NCBI RefSeq assembly: GCF_001447785.1
Contig: NW_015175470.1
Coordinates: forward strand, 64,545 to 128,544
DNA length: 64,000 nucleotides
Reading direction: 5' to 3'
From: Gekko japonicus
Taxonomy: Eukaryota
A model generated the notes under the pieces. That model did not search any database. It saw only the letters and a program-made list of their open reading frames with translations, and was not told the origin of the DNA. Shown here one piece after another: positions 11,831 to 24,617 of the stretch; position 1 is the first letter of the stretch; each line of letters begins with the position of its first letter. A program made the position numbers and the translations under genes.

Positions 11831-12748
11831 CTAAGCATGCAAATGTTGGCCACATAAAAACATCAAGGGAGTGATCTGAAGTATTTGGTCAGAAGTAAGG
11901 AATGTTTTATTCAATGGGGTTTCTCCCAGGAAAGTGTTCCTAGGACTGCAGCCAAAATGCCTTTGCTCCTCTTGCTTATGTTGGCTTCCATCTCCCAAAC
12001 CACTATGTCTTCCATGGGTAGCACTGTAGCTCACACTCACATGGTCATCATTCCACTGATAAAACACCTGTCTGGGGAATAAAGGCAGTGGCTACACAGT
12101 ACACATTTGCCTGCTCCCCTCCTGCTTTCTCAAAACAGCTGCCTAAAAGTACCTTTTTTTGAACTTTGCTTCTCTCCATTCTTGGTGCACCATATGTAAT
12201 ATCAATATTTACCTTCTGATGTGGGTTGTGATCAGTTCTAAGGTCAACTGAGGTCTCCTGCTGGTGTAAATAGCATATGAGATTAGGAAACCGCATGTAC
12301 AACATCTGTCCCTTTTATATATCCCCATTAGAACTATCCTTTCTCTGCACCCTGGAAGAAGAAACTGACTTTCAGAATGGCAGTATTTAATTTATTTTGT
12401 ATTTATGAGGGGACAAAGAATGTAATAAGTCCATAGAGGTAGAGCAGTGTTGCATAAAAACACCGAGGGAACAAATAATTCACTGTAGTATTTGGCAGGA
12501 GCTAGTCTGGTTTCCAATGCCAACATAAGGCAGGACTTTTAGATGCAAGCAATTGATCTCATGCAATTATGCTGGTCTGTAAATAAACAATTTTTCAGAT
12601 GGGGAGGGCGGTCTTGTCAAGTGACATGCATGTTGAGGATCAGGTTACCTTGAGTCCCTTTAATCATAGTAAGTGAGTAGGTTAAAAAAAAAAGAACTTC
12701 AATATGTATTATCTTGTATTAAAACAGATAACTTCATACTTGTCCAAA

Positions 12749-13204
12749 ATGGAGAATCATTCCACCACTACAATGCCACTTACTTCGGATCTACCTAACA
12801 AGAAACAGACTGTGTGTATTTTTGGAACAGGAGATTTTGGAAGATCTCTAGGACATAAGATGATACAGTGTGGCTATACTATAGTATATGGAAGCCGAAA
12901 TCCTAAGAATTCCAAACTGATTCCTCAAGGAGCCACAGTGTTACCCCACGCAGAAGCAGCAGAGACCTCTGACATCATCATCATAGCAATCCCCAGAATA
13001 CATTATGCCACTTTGGAAAGGCTGAAGGAAACTCTCGATGGGAAAGTGCTGGTGGACGTTAGCAACAACCTCAAAATAAACCAGTATCCTGAGAGCAATG
13101 CTGAATATCTTGCCCAGCTGTTCCCAGAGAGTAAAGTGGTAAAAGCATTTAACACAGTGTCAGCATGGGCTCTACAGTCAGGAGCACTGGATGCAAGCAG
13201 ACAG
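12749..13204 (+). CDS. STEAP4: STEAP4 metalloreductase, coding exon 1 (NADPH-binding oxidoreductase domain)
   Basis: Acceptor ...aaaacag| at 12727, ATG 12749, donor |gtaaga; 152 codons with GTGDFG Rossmann motif, [23 protein letters not shown] and ASRQ. Confidence 0.96.
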
Positions 13205-13228
13205 GTAAGAATATCTCTGGAACAAAAG

Positions 13229-13840
13229 GTGAAACCCCCCCCATCAGGGTTCCTCTGAGCCACTGCCTCCCAGAGGAGTAAGCAGTGCTCAAACTTATGT
13301 GTCCTTGAGGTTAAATGCACACAAGAAAACCAAAGCCTTTAGAAAAATACACACAGGTTTATTGAGCAAATAAACGTTAAAACACTGCAAAACAACACAG
13401 TTTCTTGAATTAATGAGCTAAGAATACAACAAAAGTTGACTTTCTCTTTCTGACAGTACCTGGCATTTAACTGGTGCACCATTCAAAAGCTTATTCCTCT
13501 GTCCCATGGGATCAAAAGTTAGTGTAGTATCACCCTTATCTAAAGTCCAATTATAGTTTCTTGCTCTCTGGCATCAGGTGGTCTTCAGAATCCATCAGAG
13601 CACTCATTCACTGGAGCCCTCCAAGAGATGACGCAACTTGCACCTGGCTCCCCCTTCCCATCTAGTTACTGAATTGAGCACAGGTTTTTCACTTACCCAA
13701 TTACCACATTCTGATATCAGGCCTTAAAAGCGATACAGATAGTATCTATGAGAGAGGCTAATTAGAAACACCTGCATGATGAAGCAGACCCACTGTTATT
13801 CGTCTTAACCCTTGGTAAAACTGGGGTGCTTTGCCTCACA
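13229..13840 (-). mobile_element. Probable solo LTR in STEAP4 intron
   Basis: Ends ...GCCTCACA; AATAAA on minus strand near 13360; 5' TG degenerate and no clear TSD. Confidence 0.35.
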
Positions 13841-13914
13841 CACACATATGTAAAGGGAAGCCACAGAAGGTAAGGTTGAAAGATTCCATTCAATGTTCAG
13901 ATTTCCAATTAATC

Positions 13915-14035
13915 AGATGTGATAAAAGGAGCTTTGACTCTTGAGAGCTTATGCTCTGGAAATTTTGTCCGTCTTGGTGCTACTCGACTCAAATCTTGCT
14001 CTTCTGCAGACCTACAGAGCTACCCAACTGAAACT
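13915..14035 (+). mobile_element. Penelope-like element terminal fragment
   Basis: ggagctttgactcttgagagcttatgctctggaaa...ggtgctactcgactcaaat, a degenerate Penelope pseudo-LTR end. Confidence 0.5.
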
Positions 14036-14245
14036 ATGTTCCTGCATTGTATCACTTAGACTTCTGGTCTAATTATCTATAGAAAGTCTAAAGGCACAAC
14101 TGTCTTTGTTTTATCTTCTGTTCCAAAAAACCAACAATAAAGGGAAACCATTTCATCATCACCAGATTCTTGTTCAAGTCAGATCCACTATTACAATAAA
14201 GATGCAACATATTCCTTTTGTCATCGTTGTTTGTTTTTGCTGCAG

Positions 14246-14773
14246 GTGTTTGTCTGTGGCAATGACAGCAAAGCAAAAGAAAAGGTGATTGATATTGTTC
14301 GAAGCCTTGGCCTCACTCCGCTGGACAAAGGATCGCTCTTAGCAGCCAAAGAAATTGAAGATTACCCTCTGCAACTCTTTCCTATGTGGAAGTACTCCAT
14401 TTATCTGTCCCTGGGCCTCACTGCATTTCTTTTCATCTACTGTCTAATCCGTGATGTAGTCTACCGTTACATTACAGAAAACAAAGACATTTCCTTTTTT
14501 ATAGCTATTACTATTCCAAATCGAATCTGTCCCATTGTGGCACTCATCCTTCTTGGTTTGGTTTACTTGCCTGGGATCTTTGCAGCTATTCTTCAATTAT
14601 ACAGAGGGACAAAATACAGGCGCTTCCCAGACTGGCTGGACAAGTGGATGCTCTGCAGAAAACAGCTGGGCCTGGTTGCCTTGGCTTTTGCTTTCCTACA
14701 TGTTCTGTTTACACTCGTCATTCCTATACGTTATTATGTAAGATGGAGATCCGACAGTTATCTTCTCCAACAG
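14246..14773 (+). CDS. STEAP4: STEAP4 coding exon 2 (transmembrane ferric reductase region, first heme His)
   Basis: tttttgctgcag| ... |gtaagt, 528 nt; VFVCGND...[27 protein letters not shown]...LHVL...IPIRYY. Confidence 0.96.
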
Positions 14774-15107
14774 GTAAGTTGACATTGTGCTGTTTCTTGT
14801 CCTATTTCACCACCAGCCTTGAGAGGTGGAGCAACTTTGTAGAATCATAGGCTGCTTTGTGGCCCTCTGATGTCGGTGAGAATATACTCCACTTTATGCA
14901 GATAGTGTTCCCTCCACTGTCACCTCACTTACACAGAGACATCTGAGGGGTAGGGGAATGATGAGGAAGGCCACTTCATGTGGGAGTGATGTGGCAATCA
15001 CCTAGACCTCAAGGCCCTGGCACATTTCTGCTTACATCCTCACTGATGCAGTGGGACCATTCCGATCTTTTTGGACTCCTTTTACAGACTGTGATCACAG
15101 TAAAGAC

Positions 15108-15645
15108 TAGGGATGGGCATGAACTGGTTCACAAACTTAAAGTCGTGATGAACTGGGTTCAGTTCATGGTTTACAAACTGAGGTTTGTGCCATTCCACCT
15201 CCATGAACCTCCCTGGTGGTTTTGGGAAGTTCATGTGGTTCATGTTGGCAGACATGCTGGTGTCAGTGGCAGGGCTAGGAGAAGGCATTTAAGGAGACTG
15301 TGGTCTCTTTAAATGACTTCTCCAAGCTGCACCACCACTGTGGTGCAACTCAAAAGTGAACTCAGAAGACATTTAAATGCCTTCTGAGTTCACTCACTTA
15401 GTCATGCAACTGTGGTGTTGCAACTCGCAAATAAGCTCAGACTTGCGAGTCACATGGTGGCGGTGGCACAGCTTGCAGAAGCCATTTAAAGGGAACTCAT
15501 TAAATGGCTTTTGCAAGATGCATTGCATCATGAACCACAAACTGGTTCATTAAACGGAAACATTTGTGGATGTTTGTGGTTTGAGAGACCCCACTAACCA
15601 TGAACAGTCACGAATCTCAATTTTTTCAGTTCATGCCCATCCCTA
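15108..15645. mobile_element. hAT (Ac-like) MITE
   Basis: TIRs TAGGGATGGGCATGAAC / GTTCATGCCCATCCCTA; 8-bp TSD GTAAAGAC (15100-15107, 15646-15653). Confidence 0.9.
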
Positions 15646-15659
15646 GTAAAGACTTCAAA

Positions 15660-17540
15660 AAGTATTCATTTATTTACAAAATGTTTTTCTCACAGTGAAC
15701 AATTTAAGACATGCATTATAAAATCACATTTTAAAACCATTAAAATCAACTCCCCTCACACACTTTATTAAAACAATTAAAGACACTTAAAATACATTCA
15801 AAACATAAAGACAGCAACTGAAGCATTGGTTAGGAAGAAGGAATCATTTAGGGAATGCCAAACAAAACAAAAAAACATTTCACCCATTGAAGAAAGATAG
15901 CAACAGATGGGGGACAGATGGATTTCCCTGGGGATAGAGTTCCAGAATTTTTGTACCATGACTGAGAAAGCCTTCTTCCGGGTTGCCACCTTCCTAATCT
16001 CAGAATTTAGCAGCACCCAAAACAGGGCTTCCAAAGATTACCATAGTGGTCAGGAAGGTCCATATGGGAGTAGGCAGTTCTTCAGGTATATTAGTTCCAA
16101 ACCATGTAGGACTTTGAAGGTCAAAACCAGCACCTTGAATTGTGCTGAGAAACAAATCAGGAGCCTTTGTAGATTGGCCCAACACTGGAATGATATGGTC
16201 CCGATTGTTAGTAGCCAGACCCCCTCCTGCAGACAGGCAGTCTGAATCCAGGTGCCCCTCTTTAATTATCACCCTGTTCAGCCTGACCTAGCAATTGAAC
16301 CAAAATGGAGCACACAAAAAAATGGACACTGGCCAGAGACAAGCCTGGGAAACTATTTTTGGGTAGGTGACTCAGAGTAACTGACTTGCTAATAGCTTTT
16401 CTCCCCACCCTAAAAGAGATAATGGGTTTCACAGGAAAGACAATATTCTGTCCTGGTGCAACATCATCACACCTGATCATGCTTCCCCTTGCCCATTCCC
16501 CTTAATTAACAAGCTATTCATATAACTTGATAGCTTCTCTCATTCTGTATTCAAGGGTCATCAGAAAGCACCCACATCTTAGTTTACATCCGGCAGTTTC
16601 ATCAAGCAGACATTAACACCACTTATGCAAATTGTCACAAGTTTCCCTACGTCTTTAGCCACCCTGGGAAATCTAATCAAGGTATTGTTTAGGGACACAC
16701 AAGTCAGACCGCCTTAGGGTCAATTTTACCTGTACCTGGACACACTCTGCCCAGTGCAGTGTGTGGATGTTCTCAGTGCAAAACAGTGTACCCCTACTCT
16801 CTGTGGGCTTCTTCTGTCTCTCTGGGAAATGCTGGCTGTTTCCCTCACTACCTTATATGGACCTTGATCTTCAGGACATGGTAATTATTGCCCTCCCCAA
16901 ATCTTTCCCCACTACTTACTTTTATTTTTCCCTCTTTGATAGTTTGTGTGCTTCCCCCATGTGCTTTATATGTATATTTGCTCTTTATTCTTTTATAATA
17001 AAACCCATTTTCTGTTGTACTTTAGTCTGGTTTATTTGAGAGTTCTCAGGGAAACATCCCCATAAACATTGGTGGAGATCCCCTACTTATCCCCTCTCAC
17101 TTTTCTCCAATTACGCTAATTTTCCCAATTAATATCAGTGACATAACATTATGACCCACTCCAGTCAACATTCTTGCTGCAGCACTCAGTACCAGCTGAA
17201 GTTTCCACATTCTTCTCAAGGGCAGCTCCTCACAGAGCACATTTCAGTAATCTAGTCTAGATGTAACCAGGGCATGCATCACAGTGGCCAGATCTCTTCT
17301 GCCCAGGAAAGGCTGCAACTGGATAACCAGTCAAAGTTGGTAAAAGGTACGCCTGGCCACAAATGCCACCTGCTTATCCAGCAGTAGGCCTGGGTCCAGG
17401 AGCACCCCCAGACTATGGACCTGCTCCTTCAAGGGGAGTGCAACCCCATCCAGAATAGGTGATAAATTCCCAGTTCAGACCTCCCCCCCCCCACCGGTAA
17501 CACTTCCATCTTGCCTGGATTCTGTCTTGGTGGGATTGAA
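15660..17540 (-). mobile_element. Degenerate L2-like LINE interrupted by a solo LTR
   Basis: L2-type 3' ORF remnant (KAFSV...FWNSIPREI) and ggtcaaaaccagcaccttgaattgtgc signature; the sequence resumes after 17148. Confidence 0.6.
16206..17148 (+). mobile_element. Probable solo LTR
   Basis: TGTTAG...ATAACA termini, AATAAA near 16997, inserted within L2 sequence; TSD imperfect. Confidence 0.5.
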
Positions 17541-18031
17541 TGAGTCCACAAGAAAGAAAACTCAATGAATTCAGTTCATATATTTTCCATTCCTCCAAAG
17601 AACTCAGGGCAACACACATGGTGCTCCTCTCTTTTATTTTATCTTCGCAACTACCCTTCAGAGTAGATTATTTGCATCACTGCTGTGGACTGCTTCTCAC
17701 CTATGTCATTTTGTCCATTGTCCATCATCATAGGCTCTGAGACATCCCAAGTGTTGTGTGCTGGATGCCTTTGGTGGACCAGAACAATGACATTTTGAGG
17801 GGCTCCTACCACAGCCAATTTCTGTTATCTCATCCAGCCTTCCCTTACTTCACTGTATACTGTCCTTGGTTGAGTGAAACCAATGTAGGCAAACCTTCAT
17901 CTTCAGTTGCCATAGAAGGGAACTCTTTCTTTCCCAGCCTTTCACCCTAATTAACCAAATATTAAAAAACCAGAAAGATTTTCTCTGTTTAACTGAATAT
18001 TAATTAACGGAATATTTAAGTAACTGAGTAT

Positions 18032-19355
18032 TAGAATCATAGAATCACAGAGTTGGAAGGGACCATACTGGCCATCTAGTCTAACCCCCTGCTCAATGCA
18101 GGATTAGCCTAGAGCATCCTTGTCAAGTGCTTGTCCAGCTGCTTCTTAAAGACAGCCAGGGAGGGGGAGCTCACCATCTCCCTAGGCCACTGGTTCCACT
18201 GTTGCACAACTCTTACTGTAAAAATGTTTTTGCCAATATCCAGCTGGTACCTTCCCGCCCTTAATTTAAACCCATTATTTCAAGTTCTATCCTCTGCTGC
18301 CATCAGGAATAGCTTCTGGCCCTCCTTTAAGTGACAACCCTTCAAATACCTAAAGAGGGAAATCATGTCCCACCTCATCCTCCTCTTCTCCAGACTAAAC
18401 ATTTCCAGGCCCCTTGGCCTTTCCACATAGGGCTTGGACTCCAGGCCCCTGATCATCCTCATCTCTCTTCTCTGCACATGATCCATTCTGTCCACATCCT
18501 TTTTTGAAGTAAGGCCTTGAGAACTGCACACAATACTCCACGTGCGGCCTGACCAATGCAGTGTACAGCGGGACTATGACATCTTGTGATTTGGATGTTA
18601 TGCCTCTGTTGATACACCCCAAGATTGCACTAGCCTTTTTTTTTGTTGCTGCATCACCCTGGCTGCTCATATTTAACTTCCAGTCCCTTACCCCAAGATC
18701 TTGTTCACACTGCACTGTATCCCCCATCCCATATGTGTATTCCTCATTTTTATTATCCAGATGTAGAACTCAGCACTTATCCTTGTTAAATTGCACCTTG
18801 TTCACATCCACCTGCTTTTTCAGTGTGTCCAGATCTTCTTGAATTCTATCTCTATCTTCTGGTGTGTTCGCTGCTGCTCCCAATTTAATGTCATCTACAA
18901 ATTTAATGAGTAGCCCCTCCACATCCTCATCCAGATCATTTATAAAAATACTGAAAATTACTTGGCCCAGAACCGAGCCCTGTGGCACCCCACAGGACAC
19001 CTCCTTCCATTCAGATGAATTGCCAGTGACAACTGCTCTTTGGTCCTTTCTGTACTAGACCTTAAATCCTGGTTCAGCCCTGTCCCCGAACTTACATTCG
19101 ACACTACCCTCGAGTTCACCCCTGTAATTATTTCAGAGTATTTTTTGTTTCCACATTACATTGAGGTCACCCCGGTTTTGCCCCACACTTGTCCCGGGAT
19201 AAACGGATGCTGTTACAACCAGGGATAAATGCAAGGTATTGTGTTGCGAGTTGAACTCTGATAAAACCAGGGATGAGATCCAAGTGCGGAAAGGACCTTT
19301 GAGTGTAGTTCTCCAACCACTTCCCTATCCACTTAACTATCCTACAGTCCAGTAA
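18032..19355 (-). mobile_element. CR1 LINE 3' fragment (RT C-terminal part), interrupted by a MITE
   Basis: GVPQGSVLG, KFVDD, ILGCINRGI, YTALVRPH and FSLEKRR motifs with frameshifts; (ATTCTATG)-type tail at 18032. Confidence 0.92.
19042..19297. mobile_element. Harbinger-like MITE inside CR1
   Basis: TIRs GGTCCTTTCTGTACT / AGTGCGGAAAGGACC; 3-bp TSD TTT; CR1 is contiguous once it is removed. Confidence 0.8.
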
Positions 19356-19478
19356 CAACCAGAAAGATTTTCACTGTACCCTAGTGGGTGCAATTTTTTT
19401 ATCTGTTGCAAGGCAAAGATGACATAAGTTTACAAAACTCTCAAAACCATTTTTTTTACTCATTGTTGACAAACTACT

Positions 19479-19755
19479 AGAAGAGGAGATTGGATTTATA
19501 CCCCGCCCTTCACTACCCAAAGGAGTCTCAGAGCAGCTTACAAACTCCTTCCCCTTCCCCTCCCCACAACGGACATTCTGTGAGGTAGGCAGGGCTGAGA
19601 GAGCTCTGACAGAAACTGCTCTTGAGAGAACAGCTCTGACAGAACTATGGCTTGCCCAAGGTCATCCAGCAAGTGCACGTGGAGGAGTGGGGAATCAAAC
19701 CCGGTTCTCCCAGATTAGAGTCCGCGCACTTAACCACTACACCAAACTGTCTCTC
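19479..19755 (-). mobile_element. tRNA-derived gecko SINE (Squam3-like)
   Basis: Minus-strand head cagtttggtgtagtggttaag...ggtttgattcccc (A/B boxes) and tail ggggtataaatccaatctcctcttct; same family as 50949. Confidence 0.85.
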
Positions 19756-19790
19756 TACTAAATATCTGTTTTAAATTTTTCTCACCTTAG

Positions 19791-19955
19791 GTATTTAAGA
19801 ACAAAACAGATTCATTTAGAACTGATTATGCCTGGCTGAGTGACTCATATCTCGCTTTCGGTATCTTGGGCTTCTTCCTGTTTCTCCTGCTTGGGATCAC
19901 ATCCTTGCCCTCCGTCGCCAACAGTGTCAACTGGAGAGAGTTTCGGTTTGTCCAG
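19791..19955 (+). CDS. STEAP4: STEAP4 coding exon 3
   Basis: ttttctcaccttag| ... |gtgaga, 165 nt; [55 protein letters not shown]. Confidence 0.95.
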
Positions 19956-20948
19956 GTGAGAACCTCTTGCCAGAACTACTCCTCCTCTTGTGTTCCTATC
20001 CAAACCTACTCAGAAGTGAGATCCACCAATTTCTGTGCAACTTCCACTCATCAAATAAATGTGCATAGGACTTCAGTTTCTTGAGGGACAGGTTCCTTTT
20101 CCTTTTGTTAATTTTATTTTGTGTGGTACTGAAGTGTGACCAGGGGTGGGCAGGTAGAATTGAGTCCAGTGGCACCTTAGAGACCAAGATTTACAAGGTA
20201 TAAGCTTTTGAGAGTCAAATATCTCTTTGTCAGATATGAGTAGGTAAGGAGATCTCAGTGTCTTTATATCCCAGTCAGAAGGTGGGAGGGGTGTCGTACA
20301 AAAGGACCTTAGGATGCAAAGGTGCTATCCATATTGTAATCAGCTTGACTAGAGCAGAGTGGAAATGCTTGGGGAAAGAAAATTAGCATCTGTAGTGGAG
20401 GGAGGAGAAATGGAACTAACATGATCTTTAGTTTATCCATTTATCCATTTTTGAGATAATCACCAAAGAATTTTCTCTTGGTTCCTTCCTGTAGAACATC
20501 TGCTGTCTTATCTGTGGTTGCCCCTTTCATTTTTATTATTGCTTCTTGGACAGTGGACATCTTGTAAAGATCATTTGCTCAAGAAGGATTAATATATAGT
20601 TGATCCAAAGTTTGTGTTTGCAAAAGAGGCCACCTGCCTCATAGTGGAGTCTGGAGTAATAAGACTGCCAGCTCTGGGCTGGAGAATTTTCTGGAGATTT
20701 GGAAGTGGAGCTTTGGGAAGTATGGCTTTGGGGAGAGGAGGAGCCTCAGTGGGGTATAAATCCACCCACCAAAGCACCATCTGGGGGAATTGGTCTCTGT
20801 AGTCTGGAGATCAGTTGTAATTCTTGGAGATCACCAGGCTTCACTTAGGGGTTGGCAACCATACATAGTAGGGAACTAACCGTAAGTGCAATATGTGGCT
20901 GTTTTTTTTAATGGTTGCAGTTAGGGCCTTGATGCCCAAGTTGAGTAA

Positions 20949-22439
20949 TCTCTCCCTTATATAAAAGAGTAGTGGGTGCCAAAATTCTAAAATGCGCCCC
21001 GTTAGTGTATGGGTGGAAAATATGCCACTCAGGAGAGCTGCCTCCAATGACTGGCTCCCTCAGCCAACCTGCCCTGCCATTGGCTGGGTGGCTGGGAGGG
21101 GAGGGAGCCAGTCATCGGAGCCAGCTCTTCTGAGCGGCCATCTTCCCCACATACGGTAAGGGACGCTTTCAGCCCAGCGGCGAACGGAGCCGATAGGCTC
21201 CGTCCGCCGGCTTCCCTACCTCCAGCCCCCATCCTGCCTGGCGAATGGGCCCTGCACGGCCCGTCCGCCGCCTCCCTCCCCTCCTGGAGGGGAGCCTCCG
21301 TCGCCGGTTCCCCCCACCCCCCCGCCCCCAGTCCAGGCCGGCGCCGGAGGCCTGGAGCCTCCGTCGCCGGTTTCCNNNNNNNNNNNNNNNNNNNNNNNNN
21401 NNNNNNNNNNNNNNNNNNNNNNNNNNNNNNNNNNNNNNNNNNNNNNNNNNNNNNNNNNNNNNNNNNNNNNNNNNNNNNNNNNNNNNNNNNNNNNNNNNNN
21501 NNNNNNNNNNNNNNNNNNNNNNNNNNNNNNNNNNNNNNNNNNNNNNNNNNNNNNNNNNNNNNNNNNNNNNNNNNNNNNNNNNNNNNNNNNNNNNNNNNNN
21601 NNNNNNNNNNNNNNNNNNNNNNNNNNNNNNNNNNNNNNNNNNNNNNNNNNNNNNNNNNNNNNNNNNNNNNNNNNNNNNNNNNNNNNNNNNNNNNNNNNNN
21701 NNNNNNNNNNNNNNNNNNNNNNNNNNNNNNNNNNNNNNNNNNNNNNNNNNNNNNNNNNNNNNNNNNNNNNNNNNNNNNNNNNNNNNNNNNNNNNNNNNNN
21801 NNNNNNNNNNNNNNNNNNNNNNNNNNNNNNNNNNNNNNNNNNNNNNNNNNNNNNNNNNNNNNNNNNNNNNNNNNNNNNNNNNNNNNNNNNNNNNNNNNNN
21901 NNNNNNNNNNNNNNNNNNNNNNNNNNNNNNNNNNNNNNNNNNNNNNNNNNNNNNNNNNNNNNNNNNNNNNNNNNNNNNNNNNNNNNNNNNNNNNNNNNNN
22001 NNNNNNNNNNNNNNNNNNNNNNNNNNNNNNNNNNNNNNNNNNNNNNNNNNNNNNNNNNNNNNNNNNNNNNNNNNNNNNNNNNNNNNNNNNNNNNNNNNNN
22101 NNNNNNNNNNNNNNNNNNNNNNNNNNNNNNNNNNNNNNNNNNNNNNNNNNNNNNNNNNNNNNNNNNNNNNNNNNNNNNNNNNNNNNNNNNNNNNNNNNNN
22201 NNNNNNNNNNNNNNNNNNNNNCTTCCTTCCTTCCTTCCTTCCTTCCTTCCTTTCTCCCTTCCTTTCTTTCCAAATTACTACCACTAACCCCACTCTGTCT
22301 CCACCCCTTTTCTCTCTTTCCCCCCTATCTACCTCTGTCTCTCTCTCTCTACCTCCTCTTCTCCATTCCTCCCTTCCACTCGCCCTTCCTTCCTATCTAG
22401 GGCCCGTCGTCTACCGCCACGACGGGCTTTCCTTACTAG
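20949..22439 (+). mobile_element. Non-autonomous Helitron-like element spanning an assembly gap
   Basis: 5' A|TC...TATATAAAAG; 3' perfect 9-bp hairpin GCCCGTCGT/ACGACGGGC (22402-22427) then CTAG|T at 22436-22440. The 5' end assignment across the gap is inferred. Confidence 0.6.
21376..22221. other. Assembly gap (846 N)
   Basis: Run of N flanked by a GC-rich repeat and a (CCTT)n microsatellite. Confidence 1.
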
Positions 22440-24350
22440 TATATATATAATTCCCTTACGTATTGGCCATTTCCAGCTCTCCCATTGGCTGTGCAGTGTA
22501 TTCCATCAGCCATTGGCCCATTAACCACCACTCAAGAGTACTTGTGTGCCATTGGCTGGGTGCTGGGTCCACTCCTCTCCCCTGCCCACTGCCATCTGGG
22601 ACACTCTTGCCTCAGAGAATAAACTATCAAAACTGCTGTCTCTCCTGACGAAGACACTTCTCTTTCTTGGCTCCTGTCGGACTAACTTTTCCCTCGGTGG
22701 CTGTTGCTAGGCAACCAAGCTTGGTTCTGTCAGTAAAAAGGCAAAGAAAGAAGCCCTTTCCAGGCCTTTGTGGGGAACTTTTGGGGGCCAGTCCTGACTA
22801 GGGTTGCCAGTGCCAGGTTGGGAAATTCCTGGATATTCTGTGGTAGAGTCTAAGGAAGCCAGAGTTTGGGGAGGGGAGAGGCCTCAGCTGAATAGAATGA
22901 CATAGATCCCACCCTCCAAAGCAGTTATTTTCTTCGAGGGGGGGGAAGAGATCAGTTGTCTGGAGTTCAGTTGTGATACCTGGTGATCTTCAAGCTCCAC
23001 CTGGAGGTTGACTACTCTAGGTGTAGCAGTTAGCACATCAGAGCAGGGTCTTCCAGACCCAGGTTCTTCCTTTGGAAGCTGATTGGGTGATTTCAGACCA
23101 CTCACAGACTTTCAATGTGACCTAACTCACAGGGTTGTTCTACAAATCAAAAGACGGGGAAGAATTATGTGAGCTGGAGAAAGACTAGGGTTGCCAGTGC
23201 CAGGTTTTCCTAGGTAGAGACTACAGGGAGGGGGGAAGAGATGGAAACTTGAAGTCATAGGAACAGATAATGGAATGTTGATGGTTGGCTGGGAAGGAAA
23301 TAGAGTTGCCACCTCCAGGTTGGGAGTTTTCTGGAGATTTGAGGGGTGGAGCCTAGAGAGGGTAGGGTTTGAGGAGGAGTAGGACCTCAGACAGGTACAA
23401 TGCCATAGACTTCACCCTCCAAACCAGTCATTTCCTCCTGGGGAACCATTGTTGCCAATCTCCAGGTCACAGAGATCAGTTCTCCTGAAGAAAATGGTAA
23501 GCTCTGTGTCATTATAGCCTGCTGAGGTCACCACAGCAAATTGGTGCTGAGTGCCCAAGGCCAGGACACCGACCTAGAGCCTCTTTCTAGAGCTTGTTGT
23601 ATTTATTTCCACAATAGGCCTTATTCCTAGTATATAAATAAACATGGAGAGTTTCTTCATAAGAGGCTGAAATAAATTCATAAAGGAACCTGGAGGATCA
23701 TCTAAAGCCCATTATCAAATAAATGACGGACTTTCTGGGTAACAAATTACTGAGGATTTTAATCCTGTGCTGCTACAAATTATGGGGTTTGAAATTTATT
23801 TTTGTACAGGTTTCATTAATTTTACAAGGCACTTTTGTCACTGGGAAATATTTTAAATAAATTTAGCTCTCCAGACAATCCTTTGCTATTGTTCACTGCA
23901 TGTCTTTCTATCTTCTGCAAAGCAAGGGACACAGTGGCCCATGGAGCTAATTATTGGTAGGTGTGGCTCACATGATTACAGTGGCAAGCTTCAATAATGT
24001 CCTTAAGTAGAGTAATCCTGGTTAGCAAACAGCACAGTAAAGCCTTAGCTAATGCATCACAATTTTTGCCATTGGTAAAACCTGCAGAAGAACAGAGTGG
24101 GTTTCATTACCTCAAGATATCCCTAACTCAATTCAGCCTGTAACACAGAGGAAATTTTAGTTTATTGAGAATAATTTTTGACAATGGTGGAATCCTCTTT
24201 TAAGGACCCCAATGCCTTTCAGATAATGATGATGATGTTTTATAATGGAGAAGACTTAAGCTCCTTGGAGGAAAGCAGAATAAAAATTGATTGATTGAAT
24301 TAATGAATATTTTACAATTATTTCTTCTCTCTCTCTTTTTCATACCACAG

Positions 24351-24617
24351 TCCTATCTGGGCTATCTTACAGTCGTTTTGTGCACTGCCCATACGCTGAT
24401 CTATGGTGGATCGAGGTTTTTGTATGCTACGTCATATCCATGGGGACTTCCTCCTGCTTACATCTTCTCTCTCATTATCCCTTGCATTGTGTTGGTAATA
24501 AAGTTTGTTCTGATATTTCCATGCATAGACAGGCCACTTACCGCAATTCGACAGGGTTGGGAGAGGAAACCCAAAGACCTGTCTGAGCCACAGAACCTTA
24601 GCGGGTCCTCTGTATAA
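24351..24617 (+). CDS. STEAP4: STEAP4 last coding exon (second heme His, stop codon)
   Basis: Polypyrimidine tract + cag|; [20 protein letters not shown]...[23 protein letters not shown]. Joined CDS is 471 codons without stops. Confidence 0.95.
   Translation, partial: SYLGYLTVVLCTAHTLIYGGSRFLYATSYPWGLPPAYIFSLIIPCIVLVIKFVLIFPCIDRPLTAIRQGWERKPKDLSEPQNLSGSSV

Noticed and set aside
12704-12748. Upstream ATG extending STEAP4
   Set aside because: Lies upstream of the acceptor at 12727 (intronic); homology starts at ATG 12749.
19690-19755. tRNA genes (also ~42385, ~43450, ~50950, ~59605)
   Set aside because: tRNA-like SINE heads continuing into SINE bodies; no complete cloverleaf.
21029-22450. 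Long ORFs of 374-414 aa (also across the gaps at 37.2 kb and 42.9 kb)
   Set aside because: Artefacts of translating N runs.
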